Notes: generated by a model not told the origin, from the sequence alone. A DNA stretch of 63,276 bases, filler included, from Octopus bimaculoides (GCF_001194135.2; 7 parts of 6 records of this genome joined end to end with filler, not necessarily neighbours in it); one strand, 5' to 3'. Shown: positions 13,749 to 26,879, counted from the whole stretch's first letter. Made by a program: numbers and translations.

Positions 13749-14633
13749 CGAGATGGTATCAAAAAGTTCCCGGACTAGTTCTGTAGCGCGCCAACAGATG
13801 GCAGCACACGGTTGCGTGCGCAGGGAGAGCTAGCAGTAACCTTCGTGAGGCAGTGTACTGAGTGACATCGCTGTGTTTACTTGGCAAATTATGAAATTTG
13901 TGTTTTTGTGATCACGTGTATGCTGTAGTGTGCGATTTTGTCATGGACAAGAAGTTAGAACAAAGATCTAACATGAAATTTTGCGTTAAACATGGGAAGT
14001 CTGCTACAGAGACATTGAGCATACATCGATAGCTTATGGCGATGAAGTAATAAGTCGTATGCAATGTTTCGAGGGGCACGAGCGCTTCAAAAGCAGAAGA
14101 ACTTCGTTGAAAGACGAATAGATATCAGGAAGACCTGCCACGAGCGTCACCCATGGAAATGTGGTCTTATGCTTCAAGAATTCGTCCCTCCACCAAAGAA
14201 AATTCGTCTCCTGCGACGTTTTAAAGCGTTTGAGGCAGGACATTCGGCGAAAGAGACCGGAGCACTAAGAAATGGATTCTTTATGACGACAATGAACTCT
14301 GTCACCGAGCTCACTTCACTCGTAGTTTCTCACCAAAAACAACATGGGATAGCTTTCGCACCCAACTTACTTCTATTTCTTCCCGAAAATGAAAATGCAG
14401 CTCAAAGGTCACCTTTGTAACACCATTTTCGATATCCAGAGTGAATCGCAGAATGTCCTCAACTCACTTACGGAAATTGACCTCCAGGTTGGATTCCAAA
14501 AGTGACAGAAACGCTAAGACCGGTGTAGTGTTGCACAAGGTGACTATTTTGAAGGAGGTGAAGTTAAAAGTTAAGTAACTAAATTGTTTTTTATTAAGCA
14601 TAACTAGTCCTGTATCTTTTTGATACCACCTCG
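13749..14633 (+). mobile_element. Internally deleted mariner transposon with TIRs and TA flanks
   Basis: TA|cgagatggtatcaaaaagttcccggactagtt ... aactagtcctgtatctttttgataccacctcg|TA. Decayed transposase MDKKLEQRSNMKFCVKHGKSATET...SGRP and C-terminal ...KMKMQLKGH...QGDYFEG. Confidence 0.92.
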
Positions 14634-15589
14634 TATGTGCGTCTTCTGATTTGTTTCTCGCTTATTAACGACGGCTTATTAACAGCGGAATTTCGTCTGC
14701 ATTCACGTTCTGAGTTTAACCACCGCCGAGGTCGATATTGCTTTTCGGGGTTGATAAATTAAGTACCAGCTGAGCACTGAGGTCGCTGTAATCAACGTGT
14801 AATCAACAAATTTCAGGCTTTGGCACTTAGAATAGAAAGAAAAAGGTAATGTAGTGAGTTGAAAAACTCAGAATAATTGGGACTTTCATCTTAATCAGAA
14901 AATAAAAACTATATTCAATAGCGTTTAAAATCTAAACGTGACACGGGAAATTACTTATTCATTTGCTATTTTGAAAAATAACACGATGGATAGGAGTGGA
15001 TATTGTCTACGAAGCCGAATGGTGAAAGCAAGAGATGTATGATTTTGATCGTATTGGATCTGAATAGGGTAACATTCAGAACTTGCTATTTAGCCTGACA
15101 TCAGCTCTCATTGCCTAGAACTATTATAAAAAGTATTCTGAACATGACCGTTCGTTTTTGTTTTTTTTCTTTTTTTATAATTAATCCATCCTTGCTTTAT
15201 TAAAACAACAAAATGTGATATTGAAGAGATTGGCCATTATTTCTAACAGGTTGAGTGACGACATAAATGATGTCCATCGTTAGCTTCTAATATATCCAGC
15301 CAATGATAGCTAGAGACATGGTAGAAGTTCTTTGCTAAATTTCCCCCAATATTCTCATTTTTTCTAAAAATGTAAAAAGCAAATGACAAAAATGATACTG
15401 CTGGACTCTTTTGCATCGCAAATCTAATATGGCTTAATTGATCTGAAACTAAAGGACGACAACTGATAATGTATTTGTAACAGTAGTTACAAAGCAGCAT
15501 AGGGTATCTATGTTTTCTCGCGGTTACATAGGAATCTAAAACAATTAGCGTATGAAGGCGAGTCATATAAAGTGGCGAGTCATATAAAG

Positions 15590-15793
15590 GGGCCGCTCTC
15601 TGCTTTCTGTGGGCCATACCATTTCCCTTTGCGCAGGACGCCGGTCCGTCGCAGGATTGCTCATTTTTGTCAGCTAAGTGAATACGAACAATGGGAAATG
15701 AAGAGTTTTGCTCAAGAACACAAGGTCCAAATATCGAAACCACAATCTTACAACCATGAGTCCAACACCTTAACCACTAAGTCATGCGCCTCC
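15590..15793 (-). mobile_element. SINE with C-type head, CORE-like middle and a different (V-like) 3' part
   Basis: Minus strand ggaggcgcatgacttagtggttaagg...gtgttcttgagcaaaac...cctgcgacggaccggcgtcc. Confidence 0.6.
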
Positions 15794-16549
15794 ACATACA
15801 CACACTTGCACATATATACATACACACACGCTCACACACAGGAATATGTATATGTATGTGAACATATTGACGTACATTACATATATACATAGACCCATGC
15901 ACACACCCATACTTATATACACATATACGTGCTGATATAGATATATGTATGTTCAATAAATAAGTGTGTGTGTCTTTGTGTTTTTGTCTGTGCGTGTATG
16001 TATGTATGTATGTATGTATGTATGCATGCATGTATGTATGTATGAATGTATGCATATATATCCTTCACATATGCACATTTGATCACACACCTATGCATAC
16101 AAATCTAGTTAAAACTCAGAATTCAAATTGAATATCTTTATTTTACTAAAAGGTTATTAAATTGTATCTCTTTCAAAAACCATTCAATATTTTAACTTTC
16201 GTGTCCATAAATTACTTGAAAAATCTTTCCTCAACTTATTCACTGAAACTATATGATTTTATGCAACTTATTGTATAAAGTCATGTAAATGGTTGATTAC
16301 ATTTTGTCTTAAACCATTCTATCATGAATTAGCATGGTCTTGTTTTGTATTCTATAATCTCTATATTTCATTTAAGCATTGTTCCACGAGAATTTCTAAA
16401 ACAATTAGTGACATGAAATCATATTGCTGTTAGCAAAATGTAGTTGCGTGTATTAATCTGAATTATAAACATGAAAATTATCATTACTATATTCATCATC
16501 GACATCATCATGATCATCATCATGATCATCATAATCATCATCATGATCA

Positions 16550-16601
<52 letters not shown>

Positions 16602-16890
16602 GTAGCCTTAATTAAATGCTACAAGGAAATTTCGTCTGACAATCTAAAGTTTCCGCAAATGCACAACTATTTAAACTATTTTATGTAGACGCAAAGTCTT
16701 AGATTTTAGGAAAGGTTACAGTATCTTATACCAATCCCTGCACTTGCTCGTACTTTATTTTATCGACCACGGCAAGATATAAAGGGAAACCATGCTGGCG
16801 GGATTTGAACGAAGATGTAAAAATCATGACTGAATTCCATAGGGCATTTTGACTAACTCTATAGTGATTCTGCAATTATATTTGCTTATC

Positions 16891-16945
<55 letters not shown>

Positions 16946-16948
<3 letters not shown>

Positions 16949-17224
16949 TAGAGATAACTCGAATGTGGAATCTAAAACAGAAACAATTCCTATCATAGTA
17001 GGTGCCTTAGGTATAATAAAAAAATATTCAGACAAATACATAACAAAAACACCAGGACTTACAAATATATATAACATACAGAAAATTGCACTACTGGGTA
17101 CTGCACACATTCTACGCAAAACACTTTCAATACAGTAAACATAAGAGCACCACAGCAAACCACAGCACATACCCAAGGCGCACAGAGCTGCGCTCGGTAG
17201 TGAAGTGAAAGCACGTTATAAAAA
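16946..17224 (+). mobile_element. R4/Dong-like (RLE-type) non-LTR retrotransposon 3' end
   Basis: KIEITRMWNLK/(1-nt frameshift)TETIPIIVGALGIIKK...IQKIALLGTAHILRKTLSIQ* (stop 17136-17138), then 3' UTR. The 5' flank is (AAT)n at about 16892-16945. Confidence 0.85.
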
Positions 17225-17324
17225 NNNNNNNNNNNNNNNNNNNNNNNNNNNNNNNNNNNNNNNNNNNNTTAATTAATTAANNNNNNNNNNNNNNNNNNNN
17301 NNNNNNNNNNNNNNNNNNNNNNNN

Positions 17325-17725
17325 TATATGTATATGTATACATATATGTATATGTATATATATGTATGTATATGTGTATGTATATATATGTATCTATGTA
17401 TATATATATGTGTATATACATATATGTATGTGTATAAATTTGTGTATATATATGTGTATATATATATGTATATATATGTGTATATATGTATATATATGTG
17501 TATATATGTATATATATGTGTATATATGTGTATATATATATGTACATATGTGTATATATATATGTACATATGTGTATGTATATATATATATATATATGTT
17601 TATATATATATGTACATATGTATATATATATATATATATGTACATATATGTGTATATGTATATATATGTTTATAGATATGTATATATACATGTATATATA
17701 TACATATGTATGTATGTATACGTAT
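17325..17725. repeat. Compound (TA)/(TATATG) microsatellite
   Basis: Direct reading. Confidence 0.95.
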
Positions 17726-18447
17726 TATAATTTGAAAGCTCCAAGATAATGCATGATTAATTCAAAACATTGTGAATGAATAAGTATAACACTTTTCAGA
17801 GTAATTTGAATGCTGAAGGGTTAAATAAATGGTGTTGACTTGCTTATAAAGTGAACTTGTTTACCATGCAGCTATGGCTGTGCCTGGTAATGATTATTTT
17901 AAATGGCTTCTAGGGCCAAACACAATGCACATTATTTTAGTTTCAACATAAGAACTTAGATCAAGTTACTTGCCAACCACATACAATTTTCAGTATCTAA
18001 ACCTGCATTATAAATTTCTGCTACAGCATGTATTTCTGATTGTAAGGTATGTTTTCTTTTAATTTTATATTAGATTATACAGAGAGAACGCAATTTACGG
18101 AAAAAAACTGAGGTGACTAAATTGTTTCAATTTTGCGTTAGCTTGGTTTATGTATGTGTTTATTTTGTCTGTTTTAGCAACATTATTTCTTGCTTTCATT
18201 TTATCTTTGCTTTATTTTTTCATTATTCATGCTTCGTAGCTTGCTATAGTATAAAGTTTCATTGTTTACCTTGGAATTTGTGTTAAATTGTTTGCAGTAT
18301 CCTTCATAGTTGTTTATGTATTCATATTTCCCTGCTTGCTGTAGTATTTCTATTTTTTCTGCTTGATGTAACCTCCATATTTACCTATACATGCTTATTT
18401 TTTACCTGTTTGCTATTGCATTTATGCTTGCTGCCACATTCATGCTT

Positions 18448-18860
18448 ACTCGTTTGCTGTAACATTCACGCTTGCCTGTTTGCTGTAGCATTCACGCTTG
18501 CCTGCTTGCTGTAGCATTCACGCTTGCCTGTTTGATGCAGCATTCATTCTTGCCCATTTGCTGTAGCATTCATGCTTGCCTGCAACATTCACGCTTGCCC
18601 GCAACATTCACACTTGCCCGCTTGCTGTAGCATTCACGCTTGCTGTAACATTCACACTTGCCCGTTTGCTGTAGCATTCATGCATGCTCGTTTGCTGTAC
18701 CATTCATGCATGCCCGTTTGCTGTAGCATTCACGCTTGCCCGTTTGCTGTACCATTCATGCATGCCCGTTTGCTGTACCATTCATGCTTGCCCGTTTGCT
18801 GTACCATTCATGCATGCCCGTTTGCTGTAGCATTCACGCTTGCCCGCTTGCTGTAATATT
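18448..18860. repeat. 26-bp minisatellite, about 16 units
   Basis: Unit (c)gtttgctgtagcattcacgcttgcc with variant gtttgctgtaccattcatgcatgcc. Confidence 0.93.
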
Positions 18861-20099
18861 CATGTTCCATTGTTTTCACATGGATTTTAATTTCCAATGT
18901 TTTCTACATCAATTATATTCATAACTGTTGTTTATTTGTTTACTGCAGCATTTGTGTTAATCTGTTTTCTCTGTCACTTAATTTTTCCTGCTTGTTGTAG
19001 CATTCATTTTTGCATATTTACTGTACCATGTTTTCTCAGGTAGACATGTTTTCTCATTTTAGCATTCTTCACCTCTTGAGTGCTATACCATTCATATCCT
19101 CCTGCATGCTAACAAGTGTTCGTATCCCATTAATTGTAGCATTCATGTTGCTGAAGTGACATTAATACTTTGCCTGGTTATTGTTTTCTTAATAATATTT
19201 TTGTTATCTGGCAATATGGAATTATGCAAGTGTCAAGCTGCCATTAAGCCAAGGTTGTAATATGGTTTTAATCATTAGTTAGGCTATTTCACCTCATTCC
19301 TCCTAAACTAAATGATTGGGAAAATATGAACATCACAATATTCTATTTCGTGTTTAGTGGAAAGAAAATTTTAAATATGAGCAGTTGAGAGACAAAGAAA
19401 AAATAAAGAAAGCAAAAATAGAGCAACTGACTATAAATTGTTTAGTTTTATCACTCTAGTTTTTGTGTTCTGACCCCATTGAAGTTGACTCTTTTTTTCC
19501 ATACATCAAGGGTAAATAAAATAAATACTATTCATGTACTATTTATAAAGTGGAAAGGTTGTGTGCTCAATTCAAATCTCTTGCCTTGTGCCATCTTAAG
19601 ACATCATTATTTGTGGAGATCAAATTTTAATTAGAGCTGTTATTTTATTTATGTTGTGGATACTCTTGGAAAATGTACAACTGTCCCAGATTTCTATTTC
19701 CAGTTTCAGATCCTTCTTTTTCTTTCTACAATTGTTGTTGTTCAAAACAAATTTAATCTAGTTAGGCTAGTTTGTAACCAATGCTGTGCAAGGCTAAAGT
19801 GGTGAATATATTCTGTTATTCACACAGAAAACCAGCAATTGCTATTGTAGGCAGAAGGATGAAGGGCTACTTTTCCTCTGAAGAGTAGCCAATCAGCCAT
19901 AAAACACATCAGAGCAATCTCCTTATTTTTCTGTGTACAAAAAGAATAAGGTGTATTCACATTTGTTAACTTACCACAGCATAGGTGTTACAAATTGTAA
20001 TCTAACTAAATGAAATTTTATTGTATATTTTCTAATATACTGTTGATAAAAATATTTTTGCATAGAATTTTTATTTTCTGATTTAGGCATAAGATTATA

Positions 20100-20790
20100 G
20101 TTGACACCACTGAGCCCAATATTTGACTGGTATCTTATTTTACTTTACCTCGAAAGGGTGGAATTTGAACTTGGAATATAAAGCTCCAAAACTGATGCAG
20201 CAAGGCCTTTTGTTTGATATTCTAATGAGTCTGTTAATCCATCACTATTAAATGTTTCTAGCATAGACATAAGGCCTGAAATTTTGAGCAAGATGGGACT
20301 AGTTAATATCATGGACCCCCAGAACAAGACCAGCAATTTTAAGTGGAGGGGTCCGTCGCTGTCATCAACCCCAGTACTAGACTGGTACTTATTTCATCAA
20401 CCCTGAAAGGATTGAAAGGCAAAGTTGATCATGGCAGGATTTGAATTCAGAGTATAAAAGACCCTGAAGAAATACTGCAAAGTATTTTATCCAACGTTCT
20501 AGCAATTTTGTAAATCTGCTGTCCTTAAATAATTGTTTTATTGGCTTAGTCAAAACCATGGACCCAATAATGATGATGATGATGATAATGTTTCAAATTT
20601 TGACACAAGGCCAGCAATTTTCGTGGGAGGGAGTAGTCAGTTACTTCAACCCCAGTATTTAACCAGTATTTTATTTTATTGACTCTAAAAGGATGAAAGG
20701 CAAAACTGGCCTCAATGATATTTGAACTAGGATTGTAAAGAGTCAAGTGAAATACCATTAAGCATTTTGTCCAGTGTGTTAACTGCGTTT
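20100..20790 (-). mobile_element. Cluster of 3-4 co-oriented, decayed SINE B copies
   Basis: Repeated ccccagt...ctggtact...tgaaaggcaaa...atttgaac motifs at about 20100, 20340 and 20590. Confidence 0.8.
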
Positions 20791-21104
20791 CATCCCTCTG
20801 AGTTTAATCTGGTTTTTCATTCATTTAAGGATGATTAAAGAAAACTAGAAATGTACAATAGTCAATTCAATTTATTACAACCTTGATTTATCACGTCTCA
20901 AGCTGCATTCTTTGTGCCTAAATTAGAAATTATTTGCTTTTTCTTGTTGCTTCTTAGCATTATTGTTTACTGTTACATGTTTATTTTCAATATTATTGTT
21001 TATTATTCAGTATCATTTTCTCAGGCGTAAATGCTGTCGTATGTAATGGCAATGTCAAAACCATTAATATTTTGTTTTAGAAGACTTAATATGGTAGTGG
21101 GGTC

Positions 21105-21482
21105 TACTTGTTTCAGTCATTTGACTGTGGCCATACTGGGGCACCACCTTGAAAAGTTTTAGTCAAACAAATTGACTCCAGGACTTATTTTTTAAACTTA
21201 GTACTTATTCCATTGGTCTCTTTTACCAAATTGCTAGGTTATGGAGACATAAACACACCAACACTGATTGTCAAGGGTGGTTGGGGACAGACACACATAC
21301 ACACAGAGATAAATATACAGCTGGCTTCTTTCAGTTTATGTCTACCAAATTCACTCACAAGATTTTGGTCAACCCAAGGCTATAATAGAAGACAGTTGCC
21401 CAAGGTACCATGCAGTGGGATTGAATCTGGAACCATGGGGTTGAGAAGTAAGCTTCTTACCACAGAGCCATACCTGCACCTG
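21105..21482 (-). mobile_element. SINE family A, CpG-free copy
   Basis: Full body; consensus CpGs appear as TG/CA. Confidence 0.88.
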
Positions 21483-21689
21483 TGGTAAGTTGTCCATTTT
21501 AACCTGCTGCCATATCTACATAATTATGAAGCTATTGCCATTACCAAATATATTTATTGAGGAAGAATTGAAAGCACCATGTAAAATTGAATCTAGATGT
21601 TTACTTCAAATGGTTTTGAGTCCTGCTTTTATTTAAGCTAAGTAAAATCATGGTCATCCATACATACAGGCATATCCTTTATGGTTGTG

Positions 21690-21975
21690 CCCCAAATCCT
21701 TCTCCCAGCTTGAAAGGTCTTTGTCTTGCATGTGGCAGTGCTGGTGCCATGTAAAATGCACTCATGCCGGTGCTATGTAAATGCACCTGTGCCAGTGGCA
21801 CATGAAGAGCACCCAGCACAATCTGTAAAATGATTGGCATAATGGGAAGGGCATCCAGCCATTGAATCCATACCAAAGCAGACAATTGGAGCCTGGGCAG
21901 CTCTCTGGCTGGTCAGTCCCTGTCAAACCATCCAACCCATGCCAGCATGGAAAATGGACTTTAAATGATGATGAT
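21690..21975 (+). mobile_element. RTE-type 3' UTR fragment with (GAT)n tail
   Basis: ggaagggcatccagc...ccaacccatgccagcatggaaaatggactttaaatgatgatgat; same tail as the copies at 24937-25082 and 25940-26100 in the opposite orientation. Confidence 0.7.
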
Positions 21976-21984
21976 CTGTTCCTT

Positions 21985-23057
21985 TAAGATGGCTCATGAA
22001 CCTGGTGCATGCGTTCCTCACTGTGTCCCTGGTAAGATCTTTAAACATCCTTTATCTTGGCCACCAGCTCAGCCTTGGTGTTGCAAGCAGAGCAGTTGGT
22101 GTCTTTCTCAACCGCACTCCAGACATAGTAATCCATGAGATTAGAATCAAGGGAATTAGAAGGCTGGAAATTGGGGTTGGTGACGTAGAAATTCTCCAAC
22201 CACCACTTCTGACTCTTTCTGAAGGTATTGCAAGGAGCCAAATCTTGCTGCTTCAAATATGGCCTTCAAGCAGCATCCCTCTCCAGCCAGGATTTCACCA
22301 CAGTTTCCAATTTCATGTAGCCATCTGAATTGAGCTTAAGGCCGTGTTCACTGATGTGGGGCAGCTTGACATTACCCTCACTTGAATCACACCGAAAGAC
22401 CAACACAGTTTGAGGAACTTGCTTTTTGTAATACATGGGACATGGATTATAGACAACCCACCTGTTGTTCTAGGTGTTGTGGGACTTGTCCTAGCAGAAG
22501 TATTTTTCATCTGAGAAAACCCAGATCATTCCCAGTTCAATAGGATGCTTCAGCTTGTTCAAGCACTTCTTTGCTTTCATCAAGTGGTTCGCCTTGGCTG
22601 TTAGAATTTCTCCCTGATGCTTCCTGTGTAAATGGAAGTGAAGGTCCTTGTTTAGGGCTAGCTTCATGTTGGGGACTCTCTTGCCAAAGCCTGGATTCCC
22701 TTGCTCAAATCTTCTATCACCTTGTCCAGCAGCTATTGGATGAATTCTAGCATGTGGATGCAGTCAGAAGATCTGCTATGCATCTTTCTGACTGTAGCTG
22801 TCCATGTCATGTCTTACAACCTTTACAGGCGTTCACAGAGCATTGTGGATCATCATGATGTCAGCATTTTGACATACCACATGAATCATCATGACACAAG
22901 TAACTCTTTTCTGATATTCAAATGGTTTCCAGTCCTCCATGTCAGCTAACTTTTTAATCTTTATGCTCCCCAATGCTGTTGACTTCACCAATACACCAAA
23001 CTGTTTCTGAAAAAAAGAGACAAAAAAAAAATCATCAAATTTAGCCCAAAAACCCTG
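21985..23057 (-). mobile_element. Tc1/mariner-superfamily relic, maT (DD37D)-like
   Basis: KQQDLAP...WLENFY...PSNSLDSNLMDYYVWSAVEKDTNCSACNTKAEL, with 36 residues between the last two catalytic Ds; terminus TA|cagggtttt at 23057. Confidence 0.8.
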
Positions 23058-23155
23058 TAAGTGCATGTATGTGTATAAAGTAAAAAAAATAAATATATTT
23101 CCAATTGATGTGAGAATTTACAATTTGAATAGCCTAGTGGCTTTGAAAGATACAT

Positions 23156-23198
<43 letters not shown>

Positions 23199-23722
23199 AT
23201 GTATGTATTAAAAAAGGGGTAATTTATTCCTAGCTGGTTTCAAATAATGTCGCTATCAAAATTTTGGATATTATCAGCTATTCTGGCTTTGAAGGAGAAT
23301 TGATGGTTTGGAACAATGCTAAGATGAAAATAAAACTCACTTTTCAGCCTAAGATTAGTGAGGTATTGGTACTACAAAATAAAAGGGATCATGATGTTTG
23401 TTGTTAAGGGAGTATTTTTCAAAAAAATTAAATTTTTGAACTATGTTTTTGGAAGTAAGCTTCATGGCAGTATCTCTCAACATTTGAAAAAATATTTTAG
23501 CTACCATATTCCCACCTTCCCACTGTTGCTCTTAACTTTCTTGCCTGCCTCTCTCTCTCTCTCTCACTCATACACGCACACACACACACCTGCTCATATG
23601 TGCAGTAACAAGGTTGTTAGGAAACCTAGTGAGCCAGTCAGTAAGGTATCTGGGTAGACTGGATCACAGCATACTCAAAAATTTTATTTTGTGTATTTAT
23701 TTTAAACATTTTCAAATTTTAG

Positions 23723-23846
23723 GAAGAAATTGAAAAGAAAAATATCCTGCTCCGGAAGCTGGGCAGTGATTTGAATAGTGAACGACATCTTCGGTCTGAA
23801 ATAGAATATGATCTTGAAGAGAACAAGAAGACTATATCTTTGAAAG
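23723..23846 (+). CDS. Internal coding exon (124 bp, phase 0 to phase 1) of an unidentified coiled-coil-like protein
   Basis: Acceptor ttttcaaattttAG|GAA and donor AAAG|GTaatt. Open frame EEIEKKNILLRKLGSDLNSERHLRSEIEYDLEENKKTISLK is E/K/L-rich with heptad-like spacing. It lies in non-repetitive, CpG-depleted sequence. Confidence 0.72.
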
Positions 23847-24936
23847 GTAATTTAATATATACCTCTCCTTTCTAGGTGTTTGATGTTGTTTATCCCTAGA
23901 TTATCCTGGATTAAACAAGCCTATGATCAAAATTAGCAAGATTTTGTGATCACTCCATATTTGTGTATATCCCTGATTTCATACGTGCTCTTGATTGTAG
24001 TGTGTGGTTTGAAAGAAATTTGGCTGCTATTTCTAACAAGTTGGTTGATCACTAAGAGGCTTCCTTATTGCTAGAATCTAGATATTTTACATATAAAGGT
24101 GTAATTTGACAAGCATTAAATATTCTATATGAACCCTTTCATTGGATATGAATACATTCATCTATACACAAAGTATTCATTACTCTACTTATCAAACTTG
24201 AACTTATCAGACATGTGGTTATATAAATAATATATACAAGCATATATATGCACTGTAAAGTGTGATATGTAACCAAAAGTCCAGACTCAGTAGTGCATTC
24301 CCTCACTATCCTCCTGTATCCAGTGCAGTTAGATGAGGGGCATCAAACTGCAGGATAGACTTCTATGAGAATATGAATCATGTAACAATATTAATAAAAT
24401 ACAGAATGCATATTTGGTATTTTAAGCTTTATAAAACATACACGTATTTTGCTAAATCAACCATTAGGATTACACAATTATTTGTTAAAAATTACATAAT
24501 TTTATCAAATTACCTCATCAGTGTTTTTGGCAAAAAATACAAAGTATAATTTTAAGTTGCTCAATATAAAAAAGATAGACAGGTTTGACCACTTGTTCCC
24601 ATTACCTTTGATTATTGCAGTGGATACTCATACTACAGTAGATATTCTTGCTGTTATTTTTATTATTGTCACTGTTGTTGGTGTTGCTACTGTTATCCTC
24701 ATCATCTTTCCTTTCTATTTTGTATGTATGCGAACAGTTGTCACTGTATCTGTACTCACCTTTATGGGTATGAAATGGCATAGCCTTGACCTTTCTCTTT
24801 TCTATTTACTCCATTCTTCCACCCTGTTACCTCATATTCCGCCAATGCTGTAATAGCTTCACTAATTCAGTCATATACACACATTATAACTTGTAAGTGG
24901 GTTTACAACCATAGGACAAGAGTACTCAATGTATGT

Positions 24937-25082
24937 ATCATCATCATCATCGTTTAACGTCCGCTTTCCATGCTAGCATGGGTTGGACGATTTGACTGAG
25001 GACTGGTGAACCAGATGGCTACACCAGACTCCAATCTGATTTGGCAGAGTTTCTACAGCTGGATGCCCTTCCTAACGCCAAA
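24937..25082 (-). mobile_element. RTE-type 3' UTR/SINE tail fragment
   Basis: catcatcatcatcgtttaacgtccgctttccatgctagcatgggttgg...ggatgcccttcctaacgcca. Confidence 0.75.
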
Positions 25083-25939
25083 ATGCTACTGCTTTATTGC
25101 TTTACATTTCATGTTAAATAAGCATTAATAAGATGAACAGGATTCAGATGAAGGTGTTTTTCCCTCTTTTAACAGTGTTTTATCAGTTTCCTTTTGAGCT
25201 GAAATAAAATATTGAAAGATTATTTAAATAAAGGTTCTGAGGTTTTGACCAGATGCAGGCATATTTACAAATTCCTTCTACCTAATTTTAACCCTTTAGC
25301 ATTCACATTATTCTGTCAAATGTAATGCTTATTTATTCACATTCCTTTGAAATAATCATGCATGTTATCTCGTAACTTCAAGATTTCGATGATGTGATTG
25401 TACATTTCTAGAATGACATTGTACAATAGATATGAGAGGATGGATCTGGCCAATTTGAACATAAAAAAGGTAGAATATTTTAGCCAGATATGGCTAATTT
25501 AAATACTAAAGGGTTAAATGAAGACTGCAATTAAGTCAAAAAATTCTATTGTTGATGTCATTGATATCCTAATATTATACCAGACCTTCATGCACACGTT
25601 TCCATTTCCATTAAAATCAATTCCATACATTGTCTTTCATTAAATGGACCTCCTACAATTCCCAGTAATTCAATCAAGAGAACTACTTCCTAATAAATTA
25701 ATATTCCACAGACGCTTGTACCCTTAATATAATTCTCGGTCAGCTGGGTGCCAAATGACAAGGCTGGGCTTTTAAATAACAGGTTCAGTCCATCCTCTGA
25801 TCTTCTTGCTATTCAATTTCACTCAGCCCAAGGCTGTAGTAGATGCTTGGTCAGGGTACTTCTCAAAAGGATCATCCATGGTTACAAAATGAATTTCTTA
25901 ACTTTTTCAGCCATCCTGCACCTACTCTTTCCCACATCA

Positions 25940-26300
25940 CCATTATCATCATCATTTAATGTCCATTTTCCATGCTGGTATGGGTTGGACAGTTTGACTG
26001 GAGCTGGCCAGATTCCAATTGTTTTGGCTGTGCCACCAGCACAGGTGTGTTTATGCAGCACTAGTGCATTTTATGTGACATCAGCACCTACAAAGAACAT
26101 GCCTGTATGTATGGATGACCACACTTTTACTTAGCTTGACATGTCTTATCAAGTACAGAAGATTGCCACAATCCCAGTCCCTTGTCATTTCCTCAGTGAG
26201 GCCCAGTGTCTGAAGATCCTTTCTCACCACTTCATTCCATGTCTTCCTGGGTTTACTCGTTCCACAGGTACCCTCCACAGGTACCCTCCACAGTTAGATA
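25940..26300 (-). mobile_element. RTE LINE 3' end (ORF C-terminus, 3' UTR, (GAT)n tail)
   Basis: Minus frame EGTCGTSKPRKTWNEVVRKDLQTLGLTEEMTRD (RTE-type GRPRKTW C-terminus), followed by a UTR ending ccatgctggcatgg/aaatgatgatgat. Confidence 0.8.
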
Positions 26301-26403
26301 TTGGCACTTCTTTAAGCAGCTATTCTCATCCATCCACCCACATATCTACATATTCTCTCATTATTTTGTGTTCACTTTTATTTTTCCTATTTCTATTACA
26401 AAT

Positions 26404-26773
26404 AATTACAGAGGCATCAAGCTGTTAGATCAGGTTATGAAAGTTACAGAGAGGGTCATAGCCCAACTAATTAGGGAGCGAATCAATTTAGATGAGATGC
26501 AGTTTGGGTTCGTGCCAGGTAAAAGCACTACTGATACCTTATTTCTAGTGAGACAGTTGCAGGAGAAATACCTAGCTAAGGATAAACCTCTGTACCTGGC
26601 TTTCGTTGACATGGAGAAAGCCTTTGACAGGGTCCCCCGATCCCTTATCTGGTGGTCAATGAGGAAACTTGGGATAGAAGAATGGTTAGTGAGAGCTGTG
26701 CGAGCCATGTACAGAGATGCTGCCAGTAAGGTGAGGGTTGGAAATGAGTACAGCAATGAATTCCGGGTAGAGG
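26404..26773 (+). mobile_element. RTE-clade non-LTR retrotransposon, reverse-transcriptase fragment (5'-truncated, runs into gap)
   Basis: Uninterrupted frame NYRGIKLL...MQFGFVPGKSTTD...LAFVDMEKAFDRVPR...WWSMRKLG...MYRDAASKVRVG, matching RT domains 0-3 of RTE LINEs. Confidence 0.93.
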
Positions 26774-26879
26774 NNNNNNNNNNNNNNNNNNNNNNNNNNN
26801 NNNNNNNNNNNNNNNNNTTAATTAATTAANNNNNNNNNNNNNNNNNNNNNNNNNNNNNNNNNNNNNNNNNNNNGTGCAT

